A DNA stretch of 64,000 nucleotides, from NCBI GenBank assembly GCA_963714095.1, contig OY970230.1:532084-596083 (forward strand), in the 5' to 3' direction. Origin of the DNA: Candidatus Gottesmanbacteria bacterium. GTDB taxonomy: Bacteria; Patescibacteriota; Microgenomatia; UBA10105; UBA927. Under the pieces are notes generated by a model that saw only the letters and a program-made list of their open reading frames with translations, ran no database searches and was not told the origin of the DNA. This document shows, piece by piece, positions 39,051-48,608 of this stretch. Each line of letters opens with the position of its first letter. Position 1 is the first letter of the stretch. Made by a program: the position numbers and the translations under genes.

Positions 39051-40317
39051 CATCAAATTCCCACTCGTTGTTGTCGGCGCCCAATGGGGAGACGAAGGAA
39101 AGGGAAAACTTGTCGATGTACTGGCGCGGGAGGCTGATATTGTTGTCCGGTATAACGGGGGAAATAACGCGGGACACACGGTTGTTGTCGGCGACGATGT
39201 GTTCAAATTGTCACTGCTGCCATCTGGGGTAGCCCAGAAAAAACACATTGTCATTGCCCAGGGGTGTGTTGTTGATCCTAAGGTGCTTCTCGATGAAATT
39301 CAGATGATCAAAAACCATCACCTCCCAGTTCATTTGTCTATTGACCCCCGCGTTCATCTTGTTATGCCGTATCATAAGGCGTTAGACCGCGCGACGGAAC
39401 TGTGGAAAGGGAAAAAAGCGACAGGCAGCTTACACTTGGGTATCGGCTATTGTTACGAAGATAAAAATAACCGGTTCGGAATTCGGCTTGACGACCTCTA
39501 TCATCCGAGGGAATTGAAAGAAAAAATCGCAACAATGTCCTCGCTTCACCTCAAACGCATTCAGGGTGTTTTTAACCAAAAAGATTCATTTGATACGAAC
39601 GACATATTCAAAACATATATGTCCTATGGAAAGAAACTTAAAAAATATATGGAAGACACCTCTGTTCTTATTGAAAAAAAGATGAATACCAAAAAAATAT
39701 TATTTGAGGGAGCACACGGGACACTGCTGGATCCGATATTCGGGACCTATCCGTATACGGTCGCCATTCATACGATCTCGGGAGCAATTTTCCCCTATGT
39801 CGGTATCGCCCCGAGAAACGTCTATTCGCTTGGCATCGTCAAAGCCTATACAACGCGGGTCGGCAACGGTCCATTTCCGACCGAATTATTCGACAAAACA
39901 GGAGAATCCATACGAACCCGCGGCCATGAATTCGGAACGGTTTCAAAACGGCCGCGGCGATGCGGATGGCTGGATATTCCGGCATTAAAAACGGCAGCCA
40001 GGCTATCCGGATTTACATCGCTTGCTGTCACGAAACTGGATGTACTCAGCGGACTTCCTGAGATAAAAGTGTGTATTGCATACAAAGTAAATAAAAGGCA
40101 ATACGACCAGATCCCTGCATCTACGTATGAATACGAAAAGTGCAAGCCGGTCTACCGGACGTTTCCCGGATGGCAAAACGATATATCGAACAGTAAAAAA
40201 TATACTGATTTACCAAAAAATGCAAAAGTATATCTGCAATTCATTGAAAATGAATTACATGCTCCAATTAAAATAGTATCCGTCGGATCAGAAAGGAATG
40301 CGACTATAACATTATGA
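39043..40317 (+). CDS. purA: adenylosuccinate synthetase
   Basis: MSNIKFPLVVVGAQWGDEGKGK, GGNNAGHT; ATG overlaps purB stop (ATGTCTAA); alternative TTG at 39034. Confidence 0.9.
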   Translation: MSNIKFPLVVVGAQWGDEGKGKLVDVLAREADIVVRYNGGNNAGHTVVVGDDVFKLSLLPSGVAQKKHIVIAQGCVVDPKVLLDEIQMIKNHHLPVHLSIDPRVHLVMPYHKALDRATELWKGKKATGSLHLGIGYCYEDKNNRFGIRLDDLYHPRELKEKIATMSSLHLKRIQGVFNQKDSFDTNDIFKTYMSYGKKLKKYMEDTSVLIEKKMNTKKILFEGAHGTLLDPIFGTYPYTVAIHTISGAIFPYVGIAPRNVYSLGIVKAYTTRVGNGPFPTELFDKTGESIRTRGHEFGTVSKRPRRCGWLDIPALKTAARLSGFTSLAVTKLDVLSGLPEIKVCIAYKVNKRQYDQIPASTYEYEKCKPVYRTFPGWQNDISNSKKYTDLPKNAKVYLQFIENELHAPIKIVSVGSERNATITL

Positions 40318-41747
40318 AATTTGAAGAAGGGTATACATATGATGATGTACTCCTGGTTCCACAACGGTCATTTATTGATCACCGGCGCCAGATATCAATC
40401 GCCACAAAGCTCACCCGTTCAATACCCATGAATCTTCCGTTCATTTCTGCAAACATGGATACGGTAACGGAATCGGCAATGGCCATTGCGCTTGCCACCG
40501 AAGGAGGAATCGGTATTATCCACCGGTTCATGACAATCGAAAAACAAGTGGAGGAAGTATCGAAAGTAAAACGGAATGTCGGATTTATTCTTGATGCTCC
40601 CTACACCATCGGCCCTAAAGATACCATCCAGACGGCGATGGAGAAAAAGACTAAAACAGGGATAGATTGTTTTATCGTCGTTGACGAAACCAATCATGTG
40701 GTAGGTATTCTTTCGCGGCGGGATTACCAATTTATCGATTCGCTGACGACTCCCGTACATTCCGTTATGACACCTCGGAATAAGCTTATTGTCGGAAACA
40801 GAAAAATATCAACCAGGGATGCAAAAGAGATATTTTCGACGAAAAAAATTGAAAAGTTGCCGCTTATTGATAAGAACAATGTTCTTGTCGGCCTCATTAC
40901 CGCCCGTTCGATACGGAATTTCGAAAAATTCCCCTATTCGACCAAAGATTCATTCGGTCGGTACCGAGTCGGGGCTGCCGTGGGCGTTGTCAATGATTAT
41001 CTGGACAGAACGAAGGCGCTGCTTGATGCGGGGGCTGATGTGATTGTTGTCGATGTTGCTCACGGGCATAATGATGTATCCCTGCGGGCATTAAAAACTA
41101 TCCGGAAAAAATATAAACACATTGATCTTATCGGCGGCAATGTTGCAACACCCGAAGGAGTGCGGGATCTCATTGCCTGCGGGGTTGACGCAGTCAAAGT
41201 CGGCATCGGTCCCGGGGGGCTCTGTACCACCCGAATAGTTGCCGGCGTGGGCGTACCGCAATTAACAGCCGTTATGCAGGCAGCGGCGGCGGCAAAACGA
41301 TCTGGGGTGCCGATTATAGCCGACGGAGGAACCAATTACCCCGGAGATATGACCAAAGCACTCGCGGCCGGCGCGTCCGCGCTCATGCTTGCCGGATGGT
41401 TTGCAGGAACCGATGAAAGCCCCGGCGGAATCATTATGCGGAAAGGAACGAAATTTAAAGTTCACCGTGGATCTGCATCGTTTCTCGCGACCGCTGACCG
41501 AAAGTTAAATCTTGAGCGGTCAACAGAAAGCCGGCTCAATTCCATAGTTGCCGAAGGCGTGGAGGCACTTATTCCCTATAAAGGGAACGTTGCTGATGTC
41601 ATTTATCAACTCGGTGGGGCTCTTAAATCCGGCATGAGCTACTGTAACGCAAAAACAATTCCGGCGCTATGGAAAAATGCACGGTTTATTAAAATAACTG
41701 ATGCGGGTCTGCGGGAAAGCAAATCTCACAACGTCGAAGAATTATAA
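40314..41747 (+). CDS. guaB: IMP dehydrogenase (with CBS pair)
   Basis: 477 aa; active-site loop [14 protein letters not shown] insert, GGNVAT...; 4-nt overlap with purA. Confidence 0.9.
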   Translation: MKFEEGYTYDDVLLVPQRSFIDHRRQISIATKLTRSIPMNLPFISANMDTVTESAMAIALATEGGIGIIHRFMTIEKQVEEVSKVKRNVGFILDAPYTIGPKDTIQTAMEKKTKTGIDCFIVVDETNHVVGILSRRDYQFIDSLTTPVHSVMTPRNKLIVGNRKISTRDAKEIFSTKKIEKLPLIDKNNVLVGLITARSIRNFEKFPYSTKDSFGRYRVGAAVGVVNDYLDRTKALLDAGADVIVVDVAHGHNDVSLRALKTIRKKYKHIDLIGGNVATPEGVRDLIACGVDAVKVGIGPGGLCTTRIVAGVGVPQLTAVMQAAAAAKRSGVPIIADGGTNYPGDMTKALAAGASALMLAGWFAGTDESPGGIIMRKGTKFKVHRGSASFLATADRKLNLERSTESRLNSIVAEGVEALIPYKGNVADVIYQLGGALKSGMSYCNAKTIPALWKNARFIKITDAGLRESKSHNVEEL

Positions 41748-41750
41748 TAC

Positions 41751-42842
41751 CTATTCCAAATAGTCTTTTAGTTTTTTACTTCTTGACGGGTGACGAAGCT
41801 TTCGTAATGCTTTAGCCTCTATCTGTCGGATGCGTTCGCGGGTGACACCGAACTGTGCACCTACCTCTTCGAGCGTCCGCGGGCGTCCGTCCTCCAAACC
41901 AAAACGGAGAATGAGTACCTTTTTCTCGCGGTCGGAAAGCGTTGTTAACACTTCTTCCATGTGCTCTTTCAAAAGTTGACGGCTGGTCTGTTCATACGGA
42001 GTCGGACCCGGATCGGAGATAAAGTCACCGAGATGCGAGTCTTCCTCATCACCGACCGGCGTTTCCAACGACGTGGGCTCCTGTGACACCTTCATGATTT
42101 CACGGACTTTGGTCACATCCACTTCCATGACCTTGGCAATTTCCTCCGGTGTGGGCTCGCGGCCAAGGTCCTGCATCAGGCGGCGCGACGCGCGGACGAA
42201 CCGGTTAATCGTTTCCACCATGTGAACGGGGATGCGGATAGTGCGTGCTTGATCGGCAATCGCACGGGTAATGGCCTGACGGATCCACCACGTGGCATAC
42301 GTAGAAAATTTATAGCCTTTTCGCCAATCGTACTTTTCAACCGCACGGATAAGACCCTGGTTTCCTTCCTGAATAAGATCCAGGAGACTCATGCCGCGCC
42401 CGATGTACTTTTTTGCAATGGAAACGACGAGGCGTAGGTTAGACTCTATCAGTTTTTTCTTTGCTTTCCGGTCTCCTTTTTCATACCGTTTGGCAAGCGA
42501 AATTTCGTCGGCAAACGTAAGAAGCGGGATACGCCCAATTTCCTTAAGATACATGCGTACCGGATCGGAAACACCCTCCGCAGACGCGCGGACGAGCGCT
42601 TCTATTTCTTTTTCCAAATCCTGAATGGATTTATTTGCCTCTTTCTCTATATCCTGGGATGTGGTTTCAAAAACGTCGATTCCGGCGTGAATGAGCTTCC
42701 CGTACAATTCGTCAAGTTCTTTGATATGGTCCTCAGGCTTTGGATAGAGAAAAAGAATATCGTCCTGGGTAATAAAACCGTTGCTTTTTCCTTCCTTGAT
42801 GAGATCGGCAACAGTGGCGAGGGTTTTGGGTTTCGTGGCCAT
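41751..42842 (-). CDS. rpoD: RNA polymerase primary sigma factor (sigma-70)
   Basis: regions 2-4: [54 protein letters not shown]; C-terminal HTH. Confidence 0.92.
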   Translation of the reverse strand: MATKPKTLATVADLIKEGKSNGFITQDDILFLYPKPEDHIKELDELYGKLIHAGIDVFETTSQDIEKEANKSIQDLEKEIEALVRASAEGVSDPVRMYLKEIGRIPLLTFADEISLAKRYEKGDRKAKKKLIESNLRLVVSIAKKYIGRGMSLLDLIQEGNQGLIRAVEKYDWRKGYKFSTYATWWIRQAITRAIADQARTIRIPVHMVETINRFVRASRRLMQDLGREPTPEEIAKVMEVDVTKVREIMKVSQEPTSLETPVGDEEDSHLGDFISDPGPTPYEQTSRQLLKEHMEEVLTTLSDREKKVLILRFGLEDGRPRTLEEVGAQFGVTRERIRQIEAKALRKLRHPSRSKKLKDYLE

Positions 42843-42906
42843 AGGTTCCGTAAATCATTGTCAGCCGACTGACAATAGATCACGCTTCAGCTGTAGTATA
42901 CCAGAT

Positions 42907-44673
42907 TTACCCATTTTTTTCCAGAGCCTTTAGACGGTCCGTAAGCGCCCGGAGCTCATCATCCTCATCTGATGTCGAGTCCATGTGATGCATGCGCAGA
43001 GTCAACACCTGAATTTTCCGCTTTACACCGGCGCGTTCCAGCTCGCGAAGCACTGAGACCCATTCACGGGCAAAAAGTTCTTCATCATCAAGCAGGTCCC
43101 CGATGTCCCACAAAAACGCCTCATCTAACGTCGGCACCAGTTCAACGGGAAGGGAATCGGCAAAATCCTTTATAAGAAATACACTATTGGTTGATAAAAA
43201 TGATTTCAGGCGTACCAAAATTTTCTGCACTGCAGGATTGGCGATATCCGTCAGACTGATTTTTTCCGATAATTCTTCAAAGAGCTCCGTTGTTTTTCCC
43301 TGAAGAACCAATGCCAATACGTACGTTTCCAATTTTTGCGACCGCGTCGTTGCCTCGGCTTGACTTTCATCTGTCTTTACACTCATCCCTGCGCCCCGAG
43401 AAATCCGCCGCATGCTTTCCGCAATCGTTTCCTCTGAGCTGTCCAGAGTCTTGGCTAATTTTTTTACGTAATGCCCCTGTACGATAGGGTTTTCGATTTT
43501 ATCGAGTATCGGTAACAATTCCTCGCTTATCTTTTTCTTTCCGAATGCACTGCTTACATCAAAACGTTTGACAGCGGAAGAAATGAAATAATCATAAATG
43601 GGAATTGCATGTTTAATGGCTTTTTTAACAGCCACAGCGTCTTCCCGAACTGCCTCGTCGGGGTCTTTCCCTGACGTAAGAACGACTACACGCATGTCCA
43701 AACCCGCCCGGTCGGCGATTTCTATCCCGCGACGGCTAGCTGCGTCTCCCGCCATATCGCTGTCCAAGGCAAACGCAAGACGCTCTGTATACCGCCTGAT
43801 AAGATTAACATGCCCTTCTGTGAGCGCAGACCCTTTAATGGCAACTACATTCCCTATCCCGGCTTGAAACGACGAAATAAGATCCAATTCCCCCTCCATG
43901 ACAATCGCCTCGTTTTCCTTCTGGATTGCAGCTTTAGTCACATCCAACCCGTACAGCACGTTGCCTTTGATATACACCGGCGTTTCCGAGGTGTTAATAT
44001 ATTTCGCTTCTTTTACGGTAGGATCCAATACCCTGCCCGAAAATCCAACCACATTGCCACGATGATCTTTAAGGGTAAACATCACCCTGCCGCGGAACCT
44101 GTCATAGTAGCCACTCCCGCCGGACCTACCGATCGTAAGCCCTGCAGCAGCCAGCAGTGCCGCGTCATACCCTTTTTTCTTTAAATAAGAAGACATTGTG
44201 TCCCAACTGTTCGGGCTGTAACCCAAACCAAACGTATTCACGGACCTTTCAGAGACTCCTCGGTGCTTAAGGTATTCACGCGCAGACCCGCCCAGTTTAT
44301 GTTTGGTAAGAATGTACTGATAATACTCGCTTGCCAGATGGTTGACTTCAAATATTTTTTGTTTCAACTTTGCTTCTGGCGTTTCCCCGATGCTGCGGGT
44401 AAGTTTTACGCCGGTCACCTCTGCCAATTCCTCCAACGCCTCAACAAAATCTACATGGTCATATTCCATGACAAAAGCAAGAATATCTCCCCCCTTGCCG
44501 CACCCGAAACAGTGGAACGTCTGCCGCTCGGGGCTGACGATAAAAGACGGGGTTTTCTCGTTGTGGAAGGGGCATAAACCCTTAAAATTCCTGCCGGTTT
44601 TCTTGAGCGTCACGCGCTTTCCGATAAAATCAACAATGTTGATGCGGGATTTAATTTCGTCAGTATCGCTCAT
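42907..44673 (-). CDS. dnaG: DNA primase
   Basis: zinc ribbon CPFHNEKTPSFIV...FHCFGCGKGGD; TOPRIM EGELDLISSFQAG; start at MSDTDEIKSR (ORF begins 7 codons earlier). Confidence 0.9.
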   Translation of the reverse strand: MSDTDEIKSRINIVDFIGKRVTLKKTGRNFKGLCPFHNEKTPSFIVSPERQTFHCFGCGKGGDILAFVMEYDHVDFVEALEELAEVTGVKLTRSIGETPEAKLKQKIFEVNHLASEYYQYILTKHKLGGSAREYLKHRGVSERSVNTFGLGYSPNSWDTMSSYLKKKGYDAALLAAAGLTIGRSGGSGYYDRFRGRVMFTLKDHRGNVVGFSGRVLDPTVKEAKYINTSETPVYIKGNVLYGLDVTKAAIQKENEAIVMEGELDLISSFQAGIGNVVAIKGSALTEGHVNLIRRYTERLAFALDSDMAGDAASRRGIEIADRAGLDMRVVVLTSGKDPDEAVREDAVAVKKAIKHAIPIYDYFISSAVKRFDVSSAFGKKKISEELLPILDKIENPIVQGHYVKKLAKTLDSSEETIAESMRRISRGAGMSVKTDESQAEATTRSQKLETYVLALVLQGKTTELFEELSEKISLTDIANPAVQKILVRLKSFLSTNSVFLIKDFADSLPVELVPTLDEAFLWDIGDLLDDEELFAREWVSVLRELERAGVKRKIQVLTLRMHHMDSTSDEDDELRALTDRLKALEKNG

Positions 44674-44694
44674 AGCAAGCGAAGAATAGCACAC

Positions 44695-45165
44695 TTATAC
44701 AACTATCGGTAGCGGAAACGGAGTTTTCCTATATGTAAGATATAAGCCAATACTTTCACCATGATCAAATGCAAAAGCAGAGAGCGGAATAAGTTTGTCA
44801 ACCGGAATCCATTCAACTTTGGAAGATTCATGGTCCGGATCTCCGGTTTTTTGAATGGGCTTCACTAAAAATTCAATTGAAACATTCTGCCGGTCCTCGT
44901 GCGGCCGGTCGGGATTCGTATTGATGCGGAAAAGGGAAATAACCTCACAATCCCAGCCTGTTTCCTCTTTTACTTCACGGATAATGGCATGAGCAGCAGT
45001 TTCATCGCGTTCCAAGAATCCAGAAGGCAATCCCCACTTGCCGCTTTCCAAAAGATTCCCTGTCCGCTTCTCGAGGAGTAATTTTCCGTCCATCTCAATG
45101 ATGGCATGTACTACCACGTGCCGCAGGTTTGCCTTATTTCCGTTCTCAAATGTACAGGTGATCAT
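44695..45165 (-). CDS. NUDIX hydrolase
   Basis: Nudix box LPSGFLERDETAAHAIIREVKEETG; first gene of dnaG-rpoD operon on minus strand. Confidence 0.75.
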   Translation of the reverse strand: MITCTFENGNKANLRHVVVHAIIEMDGKLLLEKRTGNLLESGKWGLPSGFLERDETAAHAIIREVKEETGWDCEVISLFRINTNPDRPHEDRQNVSIEFLVKPIQKTGDPDHESSKVEWIPVDKLIPLSAFAFDHGESIGLYLTYRKTPFPLPIVV

Positions 45166-45182
45166 ATATGCACCTATTCAAT

Positions 45183-46373
45183 CTATTTCTTTTTCCGGAA
45201 AGAAACAAATAACACCTGGCGTAACACAAAACATACATTTATAAATTGAATGCCTGCTAGATATTCTAAAGGAATAATAATTTTAAAAAATAAATATGGA
45301 ATATAGCTTAATAAGGATACCTCAGGTACCGTAAGTATAAGAAAAAAATATCGCGGGTTATAAAAAACGTAAATAATAGATAAAACATCAGCAAGATAAA
45401 AATACCGCTCATGCATTTTCGGAAGAACAAAGGGTAATAAAAGTGCCGATGCGAAGGAAATCAGTATAATAGTATCTTTTGTTAATTCAACTTTATGTTT
45501 GACTAAAAATAGTATAAACGCAGCAAGTACAATGAACGCAAACACTAATCCGGCGGGATATTCATAAGAGAAAAAGCCATTCGGAAGCCACTGATATAAA
45601 TTCGGTGCATTTAATGTCAATACCTTATTTTCATTAATAATAGTCATAAAAATAGATAACAAATTTTGTACTGATACTCCATTAAGTAAAGCGGGCATAA
45701 ATGACATAATGATGACAACGGGAACAATTATTATTTTTTTCAACTCTATATGTTGTCTCGCGAACAATACGATGAATAATGGCAATATGAATATTGATTG
45801 CAGTTTAAAAGAAAGAGCTAAGCCCAAAAATACTAATGCAATTACCTGTTTTCTTTTTAAGAGATAGTAAATAGAAGCTATAACAAAAGATGTGTAAATA
45901 CTATCGCATTGACCCCAAAAAGAACCATTAAGGATGACGGTCGGCATAAATAACGTTGTTATATACGCAATAACGGGAAGCATGCTGTTTTCATATTTAA
46001 GCTGCACTATTTTATAAACATACCAGGCACAAATAATATCAAAAATAATGGAAATACCTTTTATAACAAACAGGCCCTGCATTTGTGGAAGCACAGCATG
46101 ACTGAAAATAAGCAAATAATAATAAGCAGGAAAATAGTCATTAATGAGATACTTCAGTACCCCTAATCCCGGATATTGAATAATTATGCGGTACCAAACT
46201 GCAAGACAATCGGTATAATCTTTAGTTTTAAAAAAAAGGAGCTCTAATCGTAATAAAATCGCAATAACGGTTCCGACTATAAACACTACGTTCTCAATCA
46301 ATTTTATTTTACAGTTCATACAATACATCCAGTAGTATGTATTCAATAAAATGAGAAACAATTCCCCATACAC
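45183..46373 (-). CDS. polytopic membrane protein, probable GT-C-fold glycosyl/mannosyltransferase or polymerase (DUF2029/PMT_2/EpsG-like)
   Basis: 396 aa, >10 TM, markedly AT-rich compared with flanking dnaG/rpoD. Confidence 0.45.
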   Translation of the reverse strand: MYGELFLILLNTYYWMYCMNCKIKLIENVVFIVGTVIAILLRLELLFFKTKDYTDCLAVWYRIIIQYPGLGVLKYLINDYFPAYYYLLIFSHAVLPQMQGLFVIKGISIIFDIICAWYVYKIVQLKYENSMLPVIAYITTLFMPTVILNGSFWGQCDSIYTSFVIASIYYLLKRKQVIALVFLGLALSFKLQSIFILPLFIVLFARQHIELKKIIIVPVVIIMSFMPALLNGVSVQNLLSIFMTIINENKVLTLNAPNLYQWLPNGFFSYEYPAGLVFAFIVLAAFILFLVKHKVELTKDTIILISFASALLLPFVLPKMHERYFYLADVLSIIYVFYNPRYFFLILTVPEVSLLSYIPYLFFKIIIPLEYLAGIQFINVCFVLRQVLFVSFRKKK

Positions 46374-46472
46374 ATCTTTCTATGCTCGTTTATTCTACCA
46401 GATTCCGGTGTTTTCATATCTTCATGCCATTTCAAATAACAATGTACTCTATAGTGGTATAATTTTGATAAA

Positions 46473-47744
46473 ATGATTCGATTGCCTGATTTCCGTCGTG
46501 TATCCCGTCTGAAAAATCAGATCGTGGAGCGTATTACTGACCATAAAACTCTGATTACGGTCTCTAGTATTATAGTAATTTCTCTGATTGCATTCGGAGT
46601 TTTTGCAGTTAAACTCAGAGCGTATCTTCTCTCTAAAATAGAAACGGTTCAACAAACCACCGCACAACCTCCTCCGAGTGATATTTATTATGCCACAACC
46701 GCCGGTGATTTGAGTTCAAATTTTACGAGTCTCTATGCTTCTGATGCCGGCGTTTTGGAAGTTTCACCTGCTGTCGAAAACGATGAAACGTTTCCTACTC
46801 CCACACCATATCCGATTGTTACAGAGGCCCCTCTTCCTGTGGTTACGCCTGAACCAATCACCACCACGGACACATCTTCTGCCTCTTCCTGTACCGGGAC
46901 GCCCACAGTAGATAATTCGCAGGTATATGTCTCTCCCAGTACAACGCAGGTTAATAGCACATCGACCATTTCTGTAGATCTGTCTGATTGTAACAATACG
47001 ACCGCACCGGTAACTGACACCCTGACCATTGCACTCGTTAGCGGCGATTCTGGCACAAAAATAAACGGTTCATTAGCTCCGGTAACCATAGAGACACAAA
47101 ATGGGAAAGTATCGTTTTCTGTAACATCACCTAACGCCACGACAGCAACCTTTCTTATCACCGATACCACGCGGTCATTCCAGGTTACCACCCCTGGATA
47201 TCACAACCCAAGCGTAACATTTACCAATAACAGTTCAGGAAACGCACATTGCACTACTGCGGCAGGTGTGCCGAACTTATGGTATTCCGACGTGTATCCA
47301 AATCCTCCGATTTCAACAACAAACGGTTCTATAGGGCTGATCGTTGACATATATGACTGTAATCAACAACTGGCACCGGTATCCGACACATTAAATATTT
47401 CTGTAAGTTCAGGAAATTCCGATACACAGATGAATGGGGGGAGCCTGCCGCAAAATGTTACGACGCAAAATGGTGAGGCAAGGTTTACCATTTCATCTCA
47501 AATGAACGGCACGGTCACACTGAGTGTCCAGGATACCACCAGTGGATTTACCGTAACCAACATAAATAGCGCTAATCCGAGTATAACGTTCAGCGGTTCA
47601 CCAGCATCAACACCGACAGATACGCCTACCCCCACACCTGCTCCTGTATCTACTGATACGCCCACGCCGGTACCAACAGATACGCCTACCCCCACACCTG
47701 CATCGCCAAATACCCCAACATCGAATCCAACCGGCCCTTCATAA
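46473..47744 (+). CDS. cell-surface protein with N-terminal TM, tandem Ig-like repeat domains and PT-rich C-terminal repeats
   Basis: 423 aa; internal ~100-aa repeats (C-N-xT-APV-DTL-I...GS..P......NG...F....); 26-nt direct DNA repeat acagatacgcctacccccacacctgc x2. Confidence 0.55.
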   Translation: MIRLPDFRRVSRLKNQIVERITDHKTLITVSSIIVISLIAFGVFAVKLRAYLLSKIETVQQTTAQPPPSDIYYATTAGDLSSNFTSLYASDAGVLEVSPAVENDETFPTPTPYPIVTEAPLPVVTPEPITTTDTSSASSCTGTPTVDNSQVYVSPSTTQVNSTSTISVDLSDCNNTTAPVTDTLTIALVSGDSGTKINGSLAPVTIETQNGKVSFSVTSPNATTATFLITDTTRSFQVTTPGYHNPSVTFTNNSSGNAHCTTAAGVPNLWYSDVYPNPPISTTNGSIGLIVDIYDCNQQLAPVSDTLNISVSSGNSDTQMNGGSLPQNVTTQNGEARFTISSQMNGTVTLSVQDTTSGFTVTNINSANPSITFSGSPASTPTDTPTPTPAPVSTDTPTPVPTDTPTPTPASPNTPTSNPTGPS

Positions 47745-47805
47745 GAATACGTTTCTTTAAAACCATACTCTTTACTTATTTTATTGCCCGGTTTACTCTT
47801 AAACT

Positions 47806-48603
47806 ATGGATGAAAATGAAAAAGGGTATGTTACGTTACTGCTTCTGATACTTATCGCATTCGGATTTTTATTAAGCGGCGGGCTGATGCCCCTGTTGCA
47901 GCAGCCTCCTGCAAATGCAACCGGGTATTCATTGATAAATCCACCTGTGAGTTCATCTTCATCCACACTTCAACTACAAAGTCTGAATTTTGTCCTTGGC
48001 GCCTGTGATCCAGGTTACTTGGAATCTGGAGAACCGGGAATTCTCTATGCTGCCAAACCAGGACCCAACGATATTGCATCTGCCACCGATACGATAAAAT
48101 TGTGGTATAGTGACGAACACGCATTAACCCTGGGAGTAGGAGCAATTTCTCCTATGGTTAATCATCCTGTAGACCAGATAGCAAATCCTCAGGTTGGTGA
48201 TACAACACAAAGAGATCCGTATGGATTCCCTCAATTTCCGGCGCTGTTTATTGTTGATGTGACGTTTGACCCAAAAAATACTGTCGGAGATGCACAACAT
48301 GGAGGAATACCGATTCCGCCGTCAATAGTGTATGGGACATGGAAAGCCGCAAATGCAGCTGATCCGCCGGCAAACGGCTGGAATGTCGGGGCGGGCGATC
48401 CTTTTCCTTCACAGCCTACCAATATTCAACACAGTGGCACCACCCGTATTGAGAATGAGTATGGTGCGGAAATAGAATGGAATATTAGCAGCTTGAATCT
48501 TGCTCCGGGGCATTCATATAAGGCACAATTTGTTGTTCATGACGGTGATTCAAATAGGGCTGGTGGAGATATTGGTATCGGATGCACAACGGTGAGAATG
48601 TAA
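47806..48603 (+). CDS. hypothetical membrane-anchored extracytoplasmic protein
   Basis: 265 aa; N-terminal TM VTLLLLILIAFGFLL. Confidence 0.45.
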   Translation: MDENEKGYVTLLLLILIAFGFLLSGGLMPLLQQPPANATGYSLINPPVSSSSSTLQLQSLNFVLGACDPGYLESGEPGILYAAKPGPNDIASATDTIKLWYSDEHALTLGVGAISPMVNHPVDQIANPQVGDTTQRDPYGFPQFPALFIVDVTFDPKNTVGDAQHGGIPIPPSIVYGTWKAANAADPPANGWNVGAGDPFPSQPTNIQHSGTTRIENEYGAEIEWNISSLNLAPGHSYKAQFVVHDGDSNRAGGDIGIGCTTVRM

Positions 48604-48608
48604 GATTG

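Noticed and set aside
47620-47705. Direct DNA repeats (acagatacgcctacccccacacctgc x2) as a possible CRISPR-like array
   Set aside because: Only two copies, inside a coding PT-rich low-complexity tail (PTDTPTPTP); no CRISPR array or cas genes anywhere in the window.
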